In this document: one piece after another, positions 22,401 through 38,000 of the stretch | Layout of the letters: every line of letters begins with the position of its first letter | Position numbering within the stretch: the stretch's first letter is position 1 | DNA from: Eledone cirrhosa | Lineage: Eukaryota | Direction of reading: 5' to 3' | DNA: 64,000 bases | NCBI GenBank assembly: GCA_964016885.1 | Contig: OZ024753.1 | Location: forward strand, 20,708,001 to 20,772,000 | The notes under the pieces: model-generated | The model's input: the letters and a program-made list of their open reading frames with translations, nothing else | The model's database searches: none | Told to the model about the DNA's origin: nothing | Made by a program: the position numbers and the translations under genes

Positions 22401-25400
22401 GTCTATCTGCCACTGTATATGAATCTGTCTGTCACTGTCTATCTATCAATCTGTCTGTCTGCCTGCCAGTGTATATCTATCAATCTGTCTGCCACTGTCT
22501 ATCAATCTGTCTGTTTGTCACTGTCTATCTATCAATCTCTCTGTCTGTCACTATCTACCTATCAGTCTGTCTGTCTGCCCCTGTCTATCCGTCAATCTGT
22601 CTCTCTATCTCTCTGTCTGTCTGTCTGTCTGTCTGTGACTGTCTATCTATTAATCTGTCTATCAATCTGTCTGTCACTGTCTATCTATCAATCTGTCTGT
22701 CTGCCACTATCTATCTATCAGTCTGTATGTCTGTCACTGTCTATCTATCTCTCTGTCTGCCACTGTCTATCTATCAATTTGTCTGCTGTCACTGTCTATC
22801 TATCAATCTATCTGTCTGTCACTGTCTATCTATCTTTCTGTCTGTCACTATCTATCTATCTCTCTGCCTGTCACTATCTATCTATCTGTCTGTCTGTCTG
22901 TCACAGTCTATCTATCAATCTGTCTGTCTGCCTGCCACTGTATATCTATCAATCTGTCTGTCCGTCACTGTCTATCTATCAATCTGTTTGTCTGTCACCG
23001 TATATCATTCTGTGTGTCTGCCAGTGGCTATCTATCTGCCTGTCTGCCAATGTCTATCTATCGGTCTGTCTGTCTGCTACTGTCTGTCTGTATGTCACTG
23101 TCTATCAATCAATCTGTCTGTCACTGTCTATCTATCAATCTGTCTGTCTGTCACTGTCTATCTACCTCTCTATCTGTCACTGTCTATCTATCAATCTGTC
23201 TATCTGCCACTGTCTCTCTATCTCTCTATGTGTCTGTCTGTCTGTGACTGTCTATCTGCCACTGTCTATCAATCTGTCTGTCACTGTCTATCTATCAATC
23301 TGTCTGTCTGCCACTATCTATCTATCAGTCTGTATGTCTGTCACTGTCTATCTATCTCTCTGTCTGCTACTGTCAATCTATCAATCTATCTGTCTGTCAC
23401 TGTCTATCAATCTATCTGTCTGTCACTATCTATCTATCTGTCTGCCTGTCACTATCTATCTGTCTGTCTGTCTGTCACTGTCTATCTATCAATCTGTCTG
23501 TCTGTCTGCCACTGTATATCTATCAATCTGTCTGTCCGTCACTGTCTATCTATCAATATGACTGTCTGTCACCGTATATCATTCTGTGTGTCTGCCAGTG
23601 GCTATCTATCTGTCTCTCTGTCACAGTCTATCTATTATTCTGTCTGTCCGTCACTGTCTATCTATCGGTCTGTCTCTCTCTCTGTCTGTCACTGTCTATC
23701 AATCTGTCTGTCTGTCTCTGACTATCTATCAATATGTCTGTCTGCCACTGTCTATCAATCTGTCTGTCTATCTGTCTGTCACTGTCTATCAATCTGTCTA
23801 TCCGTCACTGTCTATCTATCAATCTGTCTGTCTGCCAGTGTCTATCTATCAATCTGTCTGTCTGTCACCATCTACCTATCAGTCTGTCTGCCTGCCCCTG
23901 TCTATCCGTCAATCTGTCTGTCACTGTCTATCTATCAATCTGTCTGTCTGTCAGTGTCTATCTATCTGTCTGTCTGTCTGCGACTGTCGATCAATCTGTC
24001 TGTTACTGTCTATCTATCAATCTGTCTGTCTGTCACTATCTACCTATCAGTCTGTCTTTCAACCCCTGTCTACCAATCAATCTCTCTGTCTGCCAATCTC
24101 TATCTTTTAATCTGTCTGTCTGTCACTGTCTATCTATCTCTGTGTCTGTCTGTCACTGTCTATCTATCAATCTGTCTGTCTGTCACTGTCTAACTATCAA
24201 TCTGTCTGTCTGTCACAGTCTATCTGTCTGTCTGTCTGTTTGTCTGCCACTGTCTATCTATCAATCTGTCTGTCTGTCACTATCTACCTATCAGTCTGTC
24301 TGTCTGCCCCTGTCTATCCGTCAATCTGTCTGTCACTGTCTATCTATCAATCTGTCTCTCTGTCACTGTCTATCTATCTCTCTCTCTGTCTGCCACTGGC
24401 TATCAACCTGTCTGTCTGCCACTGTCTATCTATCAATCTGTCTGCCTGTCACTCTCTATCTATATGTCTGTCTGTCTGCCACTGTCTATCTATTAGTCTG
24501 TCTGTCTGTCTCTGTCTATCTATCGGTCTGTCACTGTCTATCTATCAATCTGTCTCTCTGTCACAGTCTATCTATCGGTCTGTCTGTCTGTCTATCAATC
24601 TGTCTGTCTGTCACTGACTATCTATCAATCTGTCTGTCTGTCTGCCACTGTCTATCTATCAATCTGTCTGTCTGTCACTGTCTATCTATCAATCTGTCTG
24701 TTTGTAACTTTCTATCTATTAGTCTGTCTGTCAGCCACAGTCTATCTATCTGTCTGTCTGTCACTGTCTATCTATCTGTCTGTTTGTCACGGTCTATCTA
24801 TCTGTCTGTCTGCCACTGTCTATTTATCAATCTGTCTGTCTGTCACTGTCTATCTGTCTGTCACTGTCTATCTATCAATCCGTCTCTCTGCCACAGTCTA
24901 TCTATCAGTCTGTCTGTGTGTCACTGTCTATCTATCGCTCTGGCTGTCTGTCACTATCTATTGATCAATCTGTCTGTCTGCCACTGGCTATATATCTGTC
25001 TGTCTGTCACTGTCTATCTAAAATTCTGTCTGTCCGTCACTGTCTATCTATAGGTCTGTCTCTCTCTCTCTGTTACTGTCTATCAATCTGTCTCTCTGTC
25101 TCTGACTATCTATCTGTCTGTCTGCCACTGTCTATCAATCTGTCTGTCTGTCACTGTTTATCTGTCTGTCACTGTCTATCAATCTGTCTGTCTGTCACTG
25201 TCTGTCTATCTCACTATCTGTCTGCCACTGTCTATCAATCTGTCTGTCTGTAACTGTCTATCTATCAATCTGTCTGCCACTGTCTATCAATCTGTCTGTC
25301 TGTATGTCTGTCTGTCTCTGTCCATCTGTCTGTCTGCCACTCTCTATCTATCAATCTGTCTGTCACTGTCTATCTATCAATCTGTCTGTCTGGCACTGTC

Positions 25401-28400
25401 TATCTATCTCTCTGTCTGTCTGTCACTGTCTATCTATCAATCTGTCTATCTCCCACTTTCTATCTATCTCTCTGTTTGTCTGTCACTGTTTATCTATCTA
25501 TCGGTCTATCTGTCTGTCACTGTCTATCGATCAATCTGTCTGTCTGCCACTATCTATCTATTTGTATGTCTGTCTGTCACGGTCTATTTATCAATCTGTC
25601 TGTCTGCCACTGTCTATATATCTGTCTGTCTGTCTGTCATTGTCTATCTATCAATCTGTCTGTCTGTCTGTCTGTCTGTCTGTCACTGTCTATCTATCAA
25701 TCTGTATGTCTGCCACTGTCTATCTATCAGTCTGTCTGTCTGCCACTGTCTATCTATCAATCTGTCTGTCTGTCTCTGCCTGCCACTGTCTATCTGTCAC
25801 TGTCTATCTATCTGTCTGTCTGTCTGTCTGTCTGTCTGTCACTGTCTATCTATCAATCCGTATGTCTGCTACAGTCTATCTATCAGTCTATCTGTCACGG
25901 TCTATCGATCAATCTGTCTGTCTGCCACTGTCTATCTATCTGTCTGTCTGCCACTGTCAATCTATCAATCTGTCTGTCGCTGTCTAACTATCAATCTGTC
26001 TGTCTGTCACTGTCTATCTATCAATCTGTCTGTCTGTCACTGTCTATCTATCAATATGTCTGTCTGCCACAGTCTATCTATCAATCTGTCTGTCTGCCAC
26101 AGTCTATCTATCTGTCTATCCGTCAATCTGTCTGTCACTGTCTATCTATCTTTCTGTCTGTCACTATCTATCTATCTCTCTGCCTGTCACTATCTATCTA
26201 TCTGTCTGTCTGTCTGTCACAGTCTATCTATCAATCTGTCTGTCTGCCTGCCACTGTATATCTATCAATCTGTCTGTCCGTCACTGTCTATCTATCAATC
26301 TGTTTGTCTGTCACCGTATATCATTCTGTGTGTCTGCCAGTGGCTATCTATCTGCCTGTCTGCCAATGTCTATCTATCGGTCTGTCTGTCTGCTACTGTC
26401 TGTCTGTATGTCACTGTCTCTGTCTATCAATCAATCTGTCTGTCACTGTCTATCTATCAATCTGTCTGTCTGTCACTGTCTATCTACCTCTCTATCTGTC
26501 ACTGTCTATCTATCAATCTGTCTATCTGCCACTGTCTCTCTATCTCTCTATGTGTCTGTCTGTCTGTGACTGTCTATCTGCCACTGTCTATCAATCTGTC
26601 TGTCACTGTCTATCTATCAATCTGTCTGTCTGCCACTATCTATCTATCAGTCTGTATGTCTGTCACTGTCTATCTATCTCTCTGTCTGCTACTGTCAATC
26701 TATCAATCTATCTGTCTGTCACTGTCTATCAATCTATCTGTCTGTCACTATCTATCTATCTGTCTGCCTGTCACTATCTATCTGTCTGTCTGTCTGTCAC
26801 TGTCTATCTATCAATCTGTCTGTCTATCTGCCACTGTATATCTATCAATCTGTCTGTCCGTCACTGTCTATCTATCAATATGACTGTCTGTCACCGTATA
26901 TCATTCTGTGTGTCTGCCAGTGGCTATCTATCTGTCTCTCTGTCACTGTCTATCTATTATTCTGTCTGTCCGTCACTGTCTATCTATCGGTCTGTCTCTC
27001 TCTCTGTCTGCCACTGTCTATCAATCTGTCTGTCTATCTGTCTGTCACTGTCTATCAATCTGTCTGTCCGTCACTGTCTATCTATCAATCTGTCTGTCTG
27101 CCACTGTCTATCTATCAATCTGTCTGCCTGTCACCATCTACCTATCAGTCTGTCTGCCTGCCCCTGTCTATCCGTCAATCTGTCTGTCACTGTCTATCTA
27201 TCAATCTGTCTGTCTGTCAGTGTCTATCTATCTGTCTGTCTGTCTGCCACTGTCGATCAATCTGTCTGTTACTGTCTATCTATCAATCTGTCTGTCTGTC
27301 ACTATCTACCTATCAGTCTGTCTTTCAACCCCTGTCTACCAATCAATCTCTCTGTCCGCCAATCGCTATCTATTAATCTGTCTGTCTGTCACTGTCTATC
27401 TATCTCTGTGTCTGTCTGTCACTGTCTATCTATCAATCTGTCTGTCTGTCACTGTCTAACTATCAATCTGTCTGTCTGTCACAGTCTATCTGTCTGTCTG
27501 TCTGTTTGTCTGCCACTGTCTATCTATCAATCTGTCTGTCTGTCACTATCTACCTATCAGTCTGTCTGTCTGCCCCTGTCTATCCGTCAATCTGTCTGTC
27601 ACTGTCTATCTATCAATCTGTCTCTCTGTCACTGTCTATCTATCTCTCTCTCTGTCTGCCACTGGCTATCAACCTGTCTGTCTGCCACTGTCTATCTATC
27701 AATCTGTCTGCCTGTCACTCTCTATCTATATGTCTGTCTGTCTGCCACTGTCTATCTATTAGTCTGTCTGTCTGTCTCTGTCTATCTATCGGTCTGTCAC
27801 TGTCTATCTATCAATCTGTCTCTCTGTCACAGTCTATCTATCGGTCTGTCTGTCTGTCTATCAATCTGTCTGTCTGTCACTGACTATCTATCAATCTGTC
27901 TGTCTGTCTGCCACTGTCTATCTATCAATCTGTCTGTCTGTCACTGTCTATCTATCAATCTGTCTGTTTGTAACTTTCTATCTATTAGTCTGTCTGTCTG
28001 TCACTGTCTATCTATCTGTCTGTTTGTCACGGTCTATCTATCTGTCTGTCTGCCACTGTCTATTTATCAATCTGTCTGTCTGTCACTGTCTATCTGTCTG
28101 TCACTGTCTATCTATCAATCCGTCTCTTTGCCACAGTCTATCTATCAGTCTGTCTGTGTGTCACTGTCTATCTATCGCTCTGTCTGTCTGTCACTATCTA
28201 TTGATCAATCTGTCTGTCTGCCACTGGCTATATATCTGTCTGTCTGTCACTGTCTATCTAAAATTCTGTCTGTCCGTCACTGTCTATCTATAGGTCTGTC
28301 TCTCTCTCTCTCTGTTACTGTCTATCAATCTGTCTCTCTGTCTCTGACTATCTATCTGTCTGTCTGCCACTGTCTATCAATCTGTCTGTCTGTCACTGTT

Positions 28401-29042
28401 TATCTGTCTGTCACTGTCTATCAATCTGTCTGTCTGTCACTGTGTCTATCTCACTGTCTGTCTGCCACTGTCTATCAATCTGTCTGTCTGTAACTGTCTA
28501 TCTATCAATCTGTCTGCCACTGTCTATCAATCTGTCTGTCTGTATGTCTGTCTGTCTCTGTCCATCTGTCTGTCTGCCACTCTCTATCTATCAATCTGTC
28601 TGTCACTGTCTATCTATCAATCTGTCTGTCTGGCACTGTCTATCTATCTCTCTGTCTGTCTGTCACTGTCTATCTATCAATCTGTCTATCTGCCACTTTC
28701 TATCTATCTCTCTGTTTGTCTGTCACTGTTTATCTATCTATCGGTCTATCTGTCTGTCACTGTCTATCGATCAATCTGTCTGTCTGCCACTATCTATCTA
28801 TTTGTATGTCTGTCTGTCACGGTCTATTTATCAATCTGTCTGTCTGCCACTGTCTATCTATCTGTCTGTCTGTCATTGTCTATCTATCAATCTGTCTGTC
28901 TGTCTGTCTGTCTGTCACTGTCTATCTATCAATCTGTATGTCTGCCACTGTCTATCTATCAGTCTGTCTGTCTGCCACTGTCTATCTATCAATCTGTCTG
29001 TCTGTCTCTGCCTGCCACTGTCTATCTGTCACTGTCTATCTA

Positions 29043-29076
<34 letters not shown>

Positions 29077-32000
29077 ACTGTCTATCTATCAATCCGTATG
29101 TCTGCTACAGTCTATCTATCAGTCTATCTGTCACGGTCTATCGATCAATCTGTCTGTCTGCCACTGTCTATCTATCTGTCTGTCTGCCACTGTCAATCTA
29201 TCAATCTGTCTGTCGCTGTCTAACTATCAATCTGTCTGTCTGTCACTGTCTATCTATCAATCTGTCTGTCTGTCACTGTCTATCTATCAATCTGTCTGTC
29301 TGCCACAGTCTATCTATCAATCTGTCTGTCTGCCACAGTCTATCTATCTGTCTATCCGTCAATCTGTCTGTCACTGTCTATCTATCTTTCTGTCTGTCAC
29401 TATCTATCTATCTCTCTGCCTGTCACTATCTATCTATCTGTCTGTCTGTCTGTCACAGTCTATCTATCAATCTGTCTGTCTGCCTGCCACTGTATATCTA
29501 TCAATCTGTCTGTCCGTCACTGTCTATCTATCAATCTGTTTGTCTGTCACCGTATATCATTCTGTGTGTCTGCCAGTGGCTATCTATCTGCCTGTCTGCC
29601 AATGTCTATCTATCGGTCTGTCTGTCTGTTACTGTCTGTCTGTATGTCACTGTCTCTGTCTATCAATCAATCTGTCTGTCACTGTCTATCTATCAATCTG
29701 TCTGTCTGTCACTGTCTATCTACCTCTCTATCTGTCACTGTCTATCTATCAATCTGTCTATCTGCCACTGTCTCTCTATCTCTCTATGTGTCTGTCTGTC
29801 TGTGACTGTCTATCTGCCACTGTCTATCAATCTGTCTGTCACTGTCTATCTATCAATCTGTCTGTCTGCCACTATCTATCTATCAGTCTGTATGTCTGTC
29901 ACTGTCTATCTATCTCTCTGTCTGCTACTGTCAATCTATCAATCTATCTGTCTGTCTGTCACTATCTATCTATCTGTCTGCCTGTCACTATCTATCTGTC
30001 TGTCTGTCTGTCACTGTCTATCTATCAATCTGTCTGTCTATCTGCCACTGTATATCTATCAATCTGTCTGTCCGTCACTGTCTATCTATCAATATGACTG
30101 TCTGTCACCGTATATCATTCTGTGTGTCTGCCAGTGGCTATCTATCTGTCTCTCTGTCACTGTCTATCTATTATTCTGTCTGTCCGTCACTGTCTATCTA
30201 TCGGTCTGTCTCTCTCTCTGTCTGCCACTGTCTATCAATCTGTCTGTCTATCTGTCTGTCACTGTCTATCAATCTGTCTGTCCGTCACTGTCTATCTATC
30301 AATCTGTCTGTCTGCCACTGTCTATCTATCAATCTGTCTGTCTGTCACCATCTACCTATCAGTCTGTCTGCCTGCCCCTGTCTATCCGTCAATCTGTCTG
30401 TCACTGTCTATCTATCAATCTGTCTGTCTGTCAGTGTCTATCTATCTGTCTGTCTGTCTGCCACTGTCGATCAATCTGTCTGTTACTGTCTATCTATCAA
30501 TCTGTCTGTCTGTCACTATCTACCTATCAGTCTGTCTTTCAACCCCTGTCTACCAATCAATCTCTCTGTCTGCCAATCGCTATCTATTAATCTGTCTGTC
30601 TGTCACTGTCTATCTATCTCTGTGTCTGTCTGTCACTGTCTATCTATCAATCTGTCTGTCTGTCACTGTCTAACTATCAATCTGTCTGTCTGTCACAGTC
30701 TATCTGTCTGTCTGTCTGTTTGTCTGCCACTGTCTATCTATCAATCTGTCTGTCTGTCACTATCTACCTATCAGTCTGTCTGTCTGCCCCTGTCTATCCG
30801 TCAATCTGTCTGTCACTGTCTATCTATCAATCTGTCTCTCTGTCACTGTCTATCTATCTCTCTCTCTGTCTGCCACTGGCTATCAACCTGTCTGTCTGCC
30901 ACTGTCTATCTATCAATCTGTCTGCCTGTCACTCTCTATCTATATGTCTGTCTGTCTGCCACTGTCTATCTATTAGTCTGTCTGTCTGTCTCTGTCTATC
31001 TATCGGTCTGTCACTGTCTATCTATCAATCTGTCTCTCTGTCACAGTCTATCTATCGGTCTGTCTGTCTGTCTATCAATCTGTCTGTCTGTCACTGACTA
31101 TCTATCAATCTGTCTGTCTGTCTGCCACTGTCTATCTATCAATCTGTCTGCCTGTCACTGTCTATCTATCAATCTGTCTGTTTGTAACTTTCTATCTATT
31201 AGTCTGTCTGTCTGTCACTGTCTATCTATCTGTCTGTTTGTCACGGTCTATCTATCTGTCTGTCTGCCACTGTCTATTTATCAATCTGTCTGTCTGTCAC
31301 TGTCTATCTGTCTGTCACTGTCTATCTATCAATCCGTCTCTCTGCCACAGTCTATCTATCAGTCTGTCTGTGTGTCACTGTCTATCTATCGCTCTGTCTG
31401 TCTGTCACTATCTATTGATCAATCTGTCTGTCTGCCACTGGCTATATATCTGTCTGTCTGTCACTGTCTATCTAAAATTCTGTCTGTCCGTCACTGTCTA
31501 TCTATAGGTCTGTCTCTCTCTCTCTCTGTTACTGTCTATCAATCTGTCTCTCTGTCTCTGACTATCTATCTGTCTGTCTGCCACTGTCTATCAATCTGTC
31601 TGTCTGTCACTGTTTATCTGTCTGTCACTGTCTATCAATCTGTCTGTCTGTCACTGTCTGTCTATCTCACTGTCTGTCTGCCACTGTCTATCAATCTGTC
31701 TGTCTGTAACTGTCTATATATCAATCTGTCTGCCACTGTCTATCAATCTGTCTGTCTGTATGTCTGTCTGTCTCTGTCCATCTGTCTGTCTGCCACTCTC
31801 TATCTATCAATCTGTCTGTCACTGTCTATCTATCAATCTGTCTGTCTGGCACTGTCTATCTATCTCTCTGTCTGTCTGTCACTGTCTATCTATCAATCTG
31901 TCTATCTGCCACTTTCTATCTATCTCTCTGTTTGTCTGTCACTGTTTATCTATCTATCGGTCTATCTGTCTGTCACTGTCTATCGATCAATCTGTCTGTC

Positions 32001-35000
32001 TGCCACTATCTATCTATTTGTATGTCTGTCTGTCACGGTCTATTTATCAATCTGTCTGTCTGCCACTGTCTATCTATCTGTCTGTCTGTCTGTCATTGTC
32101 TATCTATCAATCTGTCTGTCTGTCTGTCTGTCTGTCACTGTCTATCTATCAATCTGTATGTCTGCCACTGTCTATCTATCAGTCTGTCTGTCTGCCACTG
32201 TCTATCTATCAATCTGTCTGTCTGTCTCTGCCTGCCACTGTCTATCTGTCACTGTCTATCTATCTGTCTGTCTGTCTGTCTGTCTGTCTGTCACTGTCTA
32301 TCTATCAATCCGTATGTCTGCTACAGTCTATCTATCAGTCTATCTGTCACGGTCTATCGATCAATCTGTCTGTCTGCCACTGTCTATCTATCTGTCCGTC
32401 TGCCACTGTCAATCTATCAATCTGTCTGTCGCTGTCTAACTATCAATATGTCTGTCTGTCACTGTCTATCTATCAATCTGTCTGTCTGTCACTGTCTATC
32501 TATCAATCTGTCTGTCTGCCACAGTCTATCTATCAATCTGTCTGTCTGCCACAGTCTATCTATCTGTCTATCCGTCAATCTGTCTGTCACTGTCTATCTA
32601 TCAATCTGTCTCTCTGTCACTGTCTATCTATCTCTCTCTCTGTCTGCCACTGGCTATCAACCTGTCTGTCTGCCACTGTCTATCTATCAATTTGTCTGCC
32701 TGTCACTCTCTATCTATATGTCTGTCTGCCACTGTCTAGCTATTAGTCTGTCTGTCTGTCTCTGTCTATCTATAGGTCTGTCACTGTCTATCTATCAATC
32801 TGTCTCTCTGTCACTGTCTATCTATCTGTCTGTCTGTCTATCTGTCTGTCTGTCACTGACTATGTATCAATCTGTCTGTCTGCCACTGTCTATCTCTCCG
32901 TATGTCTGTCAGCCATTGTCTATCTATCTGTCTGTCACTGTCTATCTATCTGTCTGTTTGTCACGGTCTATCTATCTGTCTGTCTGCCACTGTCTATCTA
33001 TCAATCCGTCTGTATGTCACGGACTATCTATCTGTCTGTCTGTCTGTCACTGTCTATCTATCAATCCGTCTCTCTGCCACAGTCTATCTATCAGTCTGTC
33101 TGTGTGTCACTGTCTATCTATAGATCTGTCTGTCTGTCACTGTCTATTGATCAATCTGTCTGTCTGCCACTGTCTATCTATCTGTCTATCTGTCACTGTC
33201 TATCAATCTGTCTGTCTGTCACTGTCTATCAATCTGTCTGTCTGTCACTGTCTATCTATCAGTCTGTCTGTGTGTCACTCTCTATCTATCGCTCTGTCTG
33301 TCTGTGTGTCACTCTCTATCTATCGCTCTGTCTGTCTGTTACTGTATATTGATCAATCTGTCTGTCTGTCTGCCACTGTCTATCTATCTGTCTGTCACAG
33401 TCTATCTATCAATCCATCTCTCTATCTGCCACTGTCTATCTATCAATCTGTCTGTCTGCCACTGTCTATCTATCAATCTGTCTGCCTGTCACTGTCTATC
33501 TGTCTGTCTTTCTGCCACTGTCTATCTATCTCTCTGTGTGTCACTGTCTATCTATCAATCTGTCTGTCTGTCTGCCACTGTATATCTATCAATCTGTCTT
33601 TCTGCCACTGTCTATCTATCAATCTGTCTGTCTTTCACTGACCTATCTATCGGTCTGTCTCTCTCTCTCTCTGTCTGTCACTGTCTATCTATCAGTCTGT
33701 CTGTCTCTGACTATCTATCAATCTGTCTGTCTGCCACTCTCTATCTATCAATCTGTCTGTCTGTCATTGTCTATCAATCTGTGTATCTGTCACTGTCTAT
33801 CTATCAATCTGTCTGTCACTGTCTATCTATCAATCTGTCTGTCTGTCTGTCACTGTCTATCAATCTGTCGGTCTGTCACTGTCTATATCAATCGGTCTGT
33901 CTGTCACTGTCTATCTATCAATCTGGCTATCTGTCAGCGTCTATCTATCTGTCTGTCACTGACTATCTATGAATCTGTCTGTCTGTCACTGTCTATCTAT
34001 CAATCTGTCTCTCTGACCCTGTCTATCTATCGGTCTGTCTGTCGTCTGTCTGTCTATCTGTTACTGTCTCTCAGTCTGTCTGTCACTGACTATCTATCAA
34101 TCTGCCTGTCTGTCTGTCACTGTCTATCTATCAATCTGTCTGTCTGTCACTGTCTATCTATCAATCTGTCTGTCTGCCACAGTCTATCTATCAATCTGTC
34201 TGTCTGCCACAGTCTATCTATCTGTCTATCCGTCAATCTGTCTGTCACTGTCTATCTATCAATCTGTCTCTCTGTCACTGTCTATCTATCTCTCTCTCTG
34301 TCTGCCACTGGCTATCAACCTGTCTGTCTGCCACTGTCTATCTATCAATTTGTCTGCCTGTCACTCTCTATCTATATGTCTGTCTGCCACTGTCTAGCTA
34401 TTAGTCTGTCTGTCTGTCTCTGTCTATCTATAGGTCTGTCACTGTCTATCTATCAATCTGTCTCTCTGTCACTGTCTATCTATCTGTCTGTCTGTCTATC
34501 TGTCTGTCTGTCACTGACTATGTATCAATCTGTCTGTCTGCCACTGTCTATCTCTCCGTATGTCTGTCAGCCATTGTCTATCTATCTGTCTGTCACTGTC
34601 TATCTATCTGTCTGTTTGTCACGGTCTATCTATCTGTCTGTCTGCCACTGTCTATCTATCAATCCGTCTGTATGTCACGGACTATCTATCTGTCTGTCTG
34701 TCTGTCACTGTCTATCTATCAATCCGTCTCTCTGCCACAGTCTATCTATCAGTCTGTCTGTGTGTCACTGTCTATCTATAGATCTGTCTGTCTGTCACTG
34801 TCTATTGATCAATCTGTCTGTCTGCCACTGTCTATCTATCTGTCTATCTGTCACTGTCTATCAATCTGTCTGTCTGTCACTGTCTATCAATCTGTCTGTC
34901 TGTCACTGTCTATCTATCAGTCTGTCTGTGTGTCACTCTCTATCTATCGCTCTGTCTGTCTGTGTGTCACTCTCTATCTATCGCTCTGTCTGTCTGTTAC

Positions 35001-38000
35001 TGTATATTGATCAATCTGTCTGTCTGTCTGCCACTGTCTATCTATCTGTCTGTCACAGTCAATCTATCAATCCATCTCTCTATCTGCCACTGTCTATCTA
35101 TCAATCTGTCTGTCTGCCACTGTCTATCTATCAATCTGTCTGCCTGTCACTGTCTATCTGTCTGTCTTTCTGCCACTGTCTATCTATCTCTCTGTGTGTC
35201 ACTGTCTATCTATCAATCTGTCTGTCTGTCTGCCACTGTATATCTATCAATCTGTCTTTCTGCCACTGTCTATCTATCAATCTGTCTGTCTTTCACTGAC
35301 CTATCTATCGGTCTGTCTCTCTCTCTCTCTGTCTGTCACTGTCTATCTATCTGTCTGTCTGTCTCTGACTATCTATCAATCTGTCTGTCTGCCACTCTCT
35401 ATCTATCAATCTGTCTGTCTGTCATTGTCTATCAATCTGTGTATCTGTCACTGTCTATCTATCAATCTGTCTGTCACTGTCTATCTATCAATCTGTCTGT
35501 CTGTCTGTCACTGTCTATCAATCTGTCGGTCTGTCACTGTCTATATCAATCGGTCTGTCTGTCACTGTCTATCTATCAATCTGGCTATCTGTCAGCGTCT
35601 ATCTATCTGTCTGTCACTGACTATCTATGAATCTGTCTGTCTGTCACTGTCTATCTATCAATCTGTCTCTCTGACCCTGTCTATCTTTCGGTCTGTCTGT
35701 CGTCTGTCTGTCTATCTGTCACTGTATCTCAGTCTGTCTGTCACTGACTATATATCAATCTGCCTGTCTGTCTGCCACTGTCTATCTATCAATCTGTCTG
35801 TCTGTCACTGTCTATCTATCAATCTGTCTGTCTGCCACTGTCTATCTATGAGTCTGTCTGTCTGCTATTGTCTATCTGTCTGTCTGTCTGTCACTGTTTA
35901 TCTATCTGTCTGTCTGTCACGATCCATCTGTTGTCTGTCACTGTCTATCAATCTGTCTGTCTGTCACTGTCTATCAATCTGTCTGTCTGCCACTGTCTAT
36001 CTATCTGTCTGTCTGCCATTGTCTATCCAACTGTCTGTCACTCTCTATATGTCTGTCTGCCACTGTCTATCTGTCTGTCTGTCTGTCTGCCACTGTCTAT
36101 CTATCAGTCAGTCTGTCTGTCTATCTATCGGTCTGTCACTGTCTATCTATCAATCTGTCTCTCTGTCACTGTATATTGATCAATCTGTCTGTCTGTCACT
36201 GTCTATCTAACAATATGTCTGTCTGCCACTGTCTATCTATCAATCTGTCTGTCTGCCACTGTCTATCTATCAGTTTGTCTGTCATCTTCTATCTATCAAA
36301 CCGTCTGTCTGCCACCGTCTATCTATCAGTCTGTCTGTCTCTCACTGTCTATCTATCAATCCGTCTGTCTGCCACAGTCTATCTATCAGTCTGTCTGTCT
36401 CTCACTGCATATCGATCAATCTGTCTGTCTGCCACTGACTATCTGTCAGTCTGTCTGTCTGTGACTGTCTATCTGCCACTGTCTATCAATCTGTCTGTCA
36501 CTGTCTATCTATCAATCTGTCTGTCTGTCACTGTCTATCATACAATGTGTCTGTCTGTCACTGTCTATCTATCTCTCTGTCTGCCACTGTCTATCAATCT
36601 GTCCGTTTTTATCACTGTCTATCTATCAATATGTTTGTCTGTCACAGTCTATCTATCTGTCTGTCTGTCTGACTGCCACTGTCTATCTATCAATCTATCT
36701 GCCTGTCACTATCTACCTATAAGTCTGTCTGTCTGTCTGCCCCTGTCTATCTCTCTCTCTGTCTGCCACTGTCTATCAACGTGTCTGTTTGTCTCTGTCT
36801 GTCTATCAATCCGTCTTTCTGCCACAGTCTATCTATCAGTCTGTCTGTGTGTCACTGTCTATCTATCGCTCTGACTGTCTGTCATTGTCTATTGATCAAT
36901 CTGTCTGTCTGCCACTGTCTATCTATCTATCTGTCTGTGTGTCTGTCTGTCACTCTCTATCTATCAATCTGTCTGTCTGCCACTGTCTATCTATCCGTCT
37001 GTCTGTCACAGTCTATCTATCAATCTATCTCTCTGTCTGCCACTGTCTATCTATCAATCTGTCTGTCAGCCACTGTCTGTCTGTCTGTCTGTCACTGTCT
37101 ATCTATTTGTCTGTCTGTCACTGTCTATCTATCAGTCTGTCTGTCAGCCACTGTTTATCTATCTGTTTGTCTGTCACTGTCTATCTATCTGTCTGTTTGT
37201 CACGGTCTATCTATCTGTCTGTCTGCCACTGTCTATCTATCAATCTGTCTATCTGTCACTGTCTGTCTATCAGTCTGTCTGTGTGTCACTCTCTATCTAT
37301 TGCTCTGTCTGTCTTTCACTGTCTATTGATCAATCTGTCTGTCTGCCACTGTCTATCTATCTGTCTGTCTGTCTGTCTGTCACTGACTATCTATCAATCT
37401 GTCTCTCTGCCACTGACTATCTATCAATCTGTCTGGCTGTCACTGTCTATCTATCAATCTGTCTGTCTGCCACTGTCTATCTATCAATCTGTCTGCCTGT
37501 CACTGTCTATCTATATGTCTGTCTGTCACTGTCTATCTATCTGTCTGTCTGTCACTGTCTATCTATCAATCTCTCTGCCACTGTCTATCTGTATGTCTGT
37601 CTGTCTGCCACTGTCTATCTATTAGTCTGTCTGTCTGTCTCTGTCTATCTATCGGTCTGTCACTGTCTATCTATCAATATGTCTCTCTGTCACTGTCTAT
37701 CTATCGGTCTGTCTGTATGTCTGTCTATCTGTCACTGTCTATCTGTCTGTATGTCACTGACTATCTATCAATCTGTCTGTCTGTCTGTCACTGTCTATCT
37801 ATCAATCTCTCTGTCTGCCACTGTCCTATCTATCAGTCTGTCTGTCAGCCACTGTCTATCTATCTATCTGTCTGTCTGTCTGTCACTGTCTATCTATCTA
37901 TCTGTCTGTCTGTCTGTCACTGTCTATCAATCCGTCTGTATGTCACGGACTATCTATCTGTCTGTCTGTCTGTCACTGTCTATCTATCAATCCGTCTCTC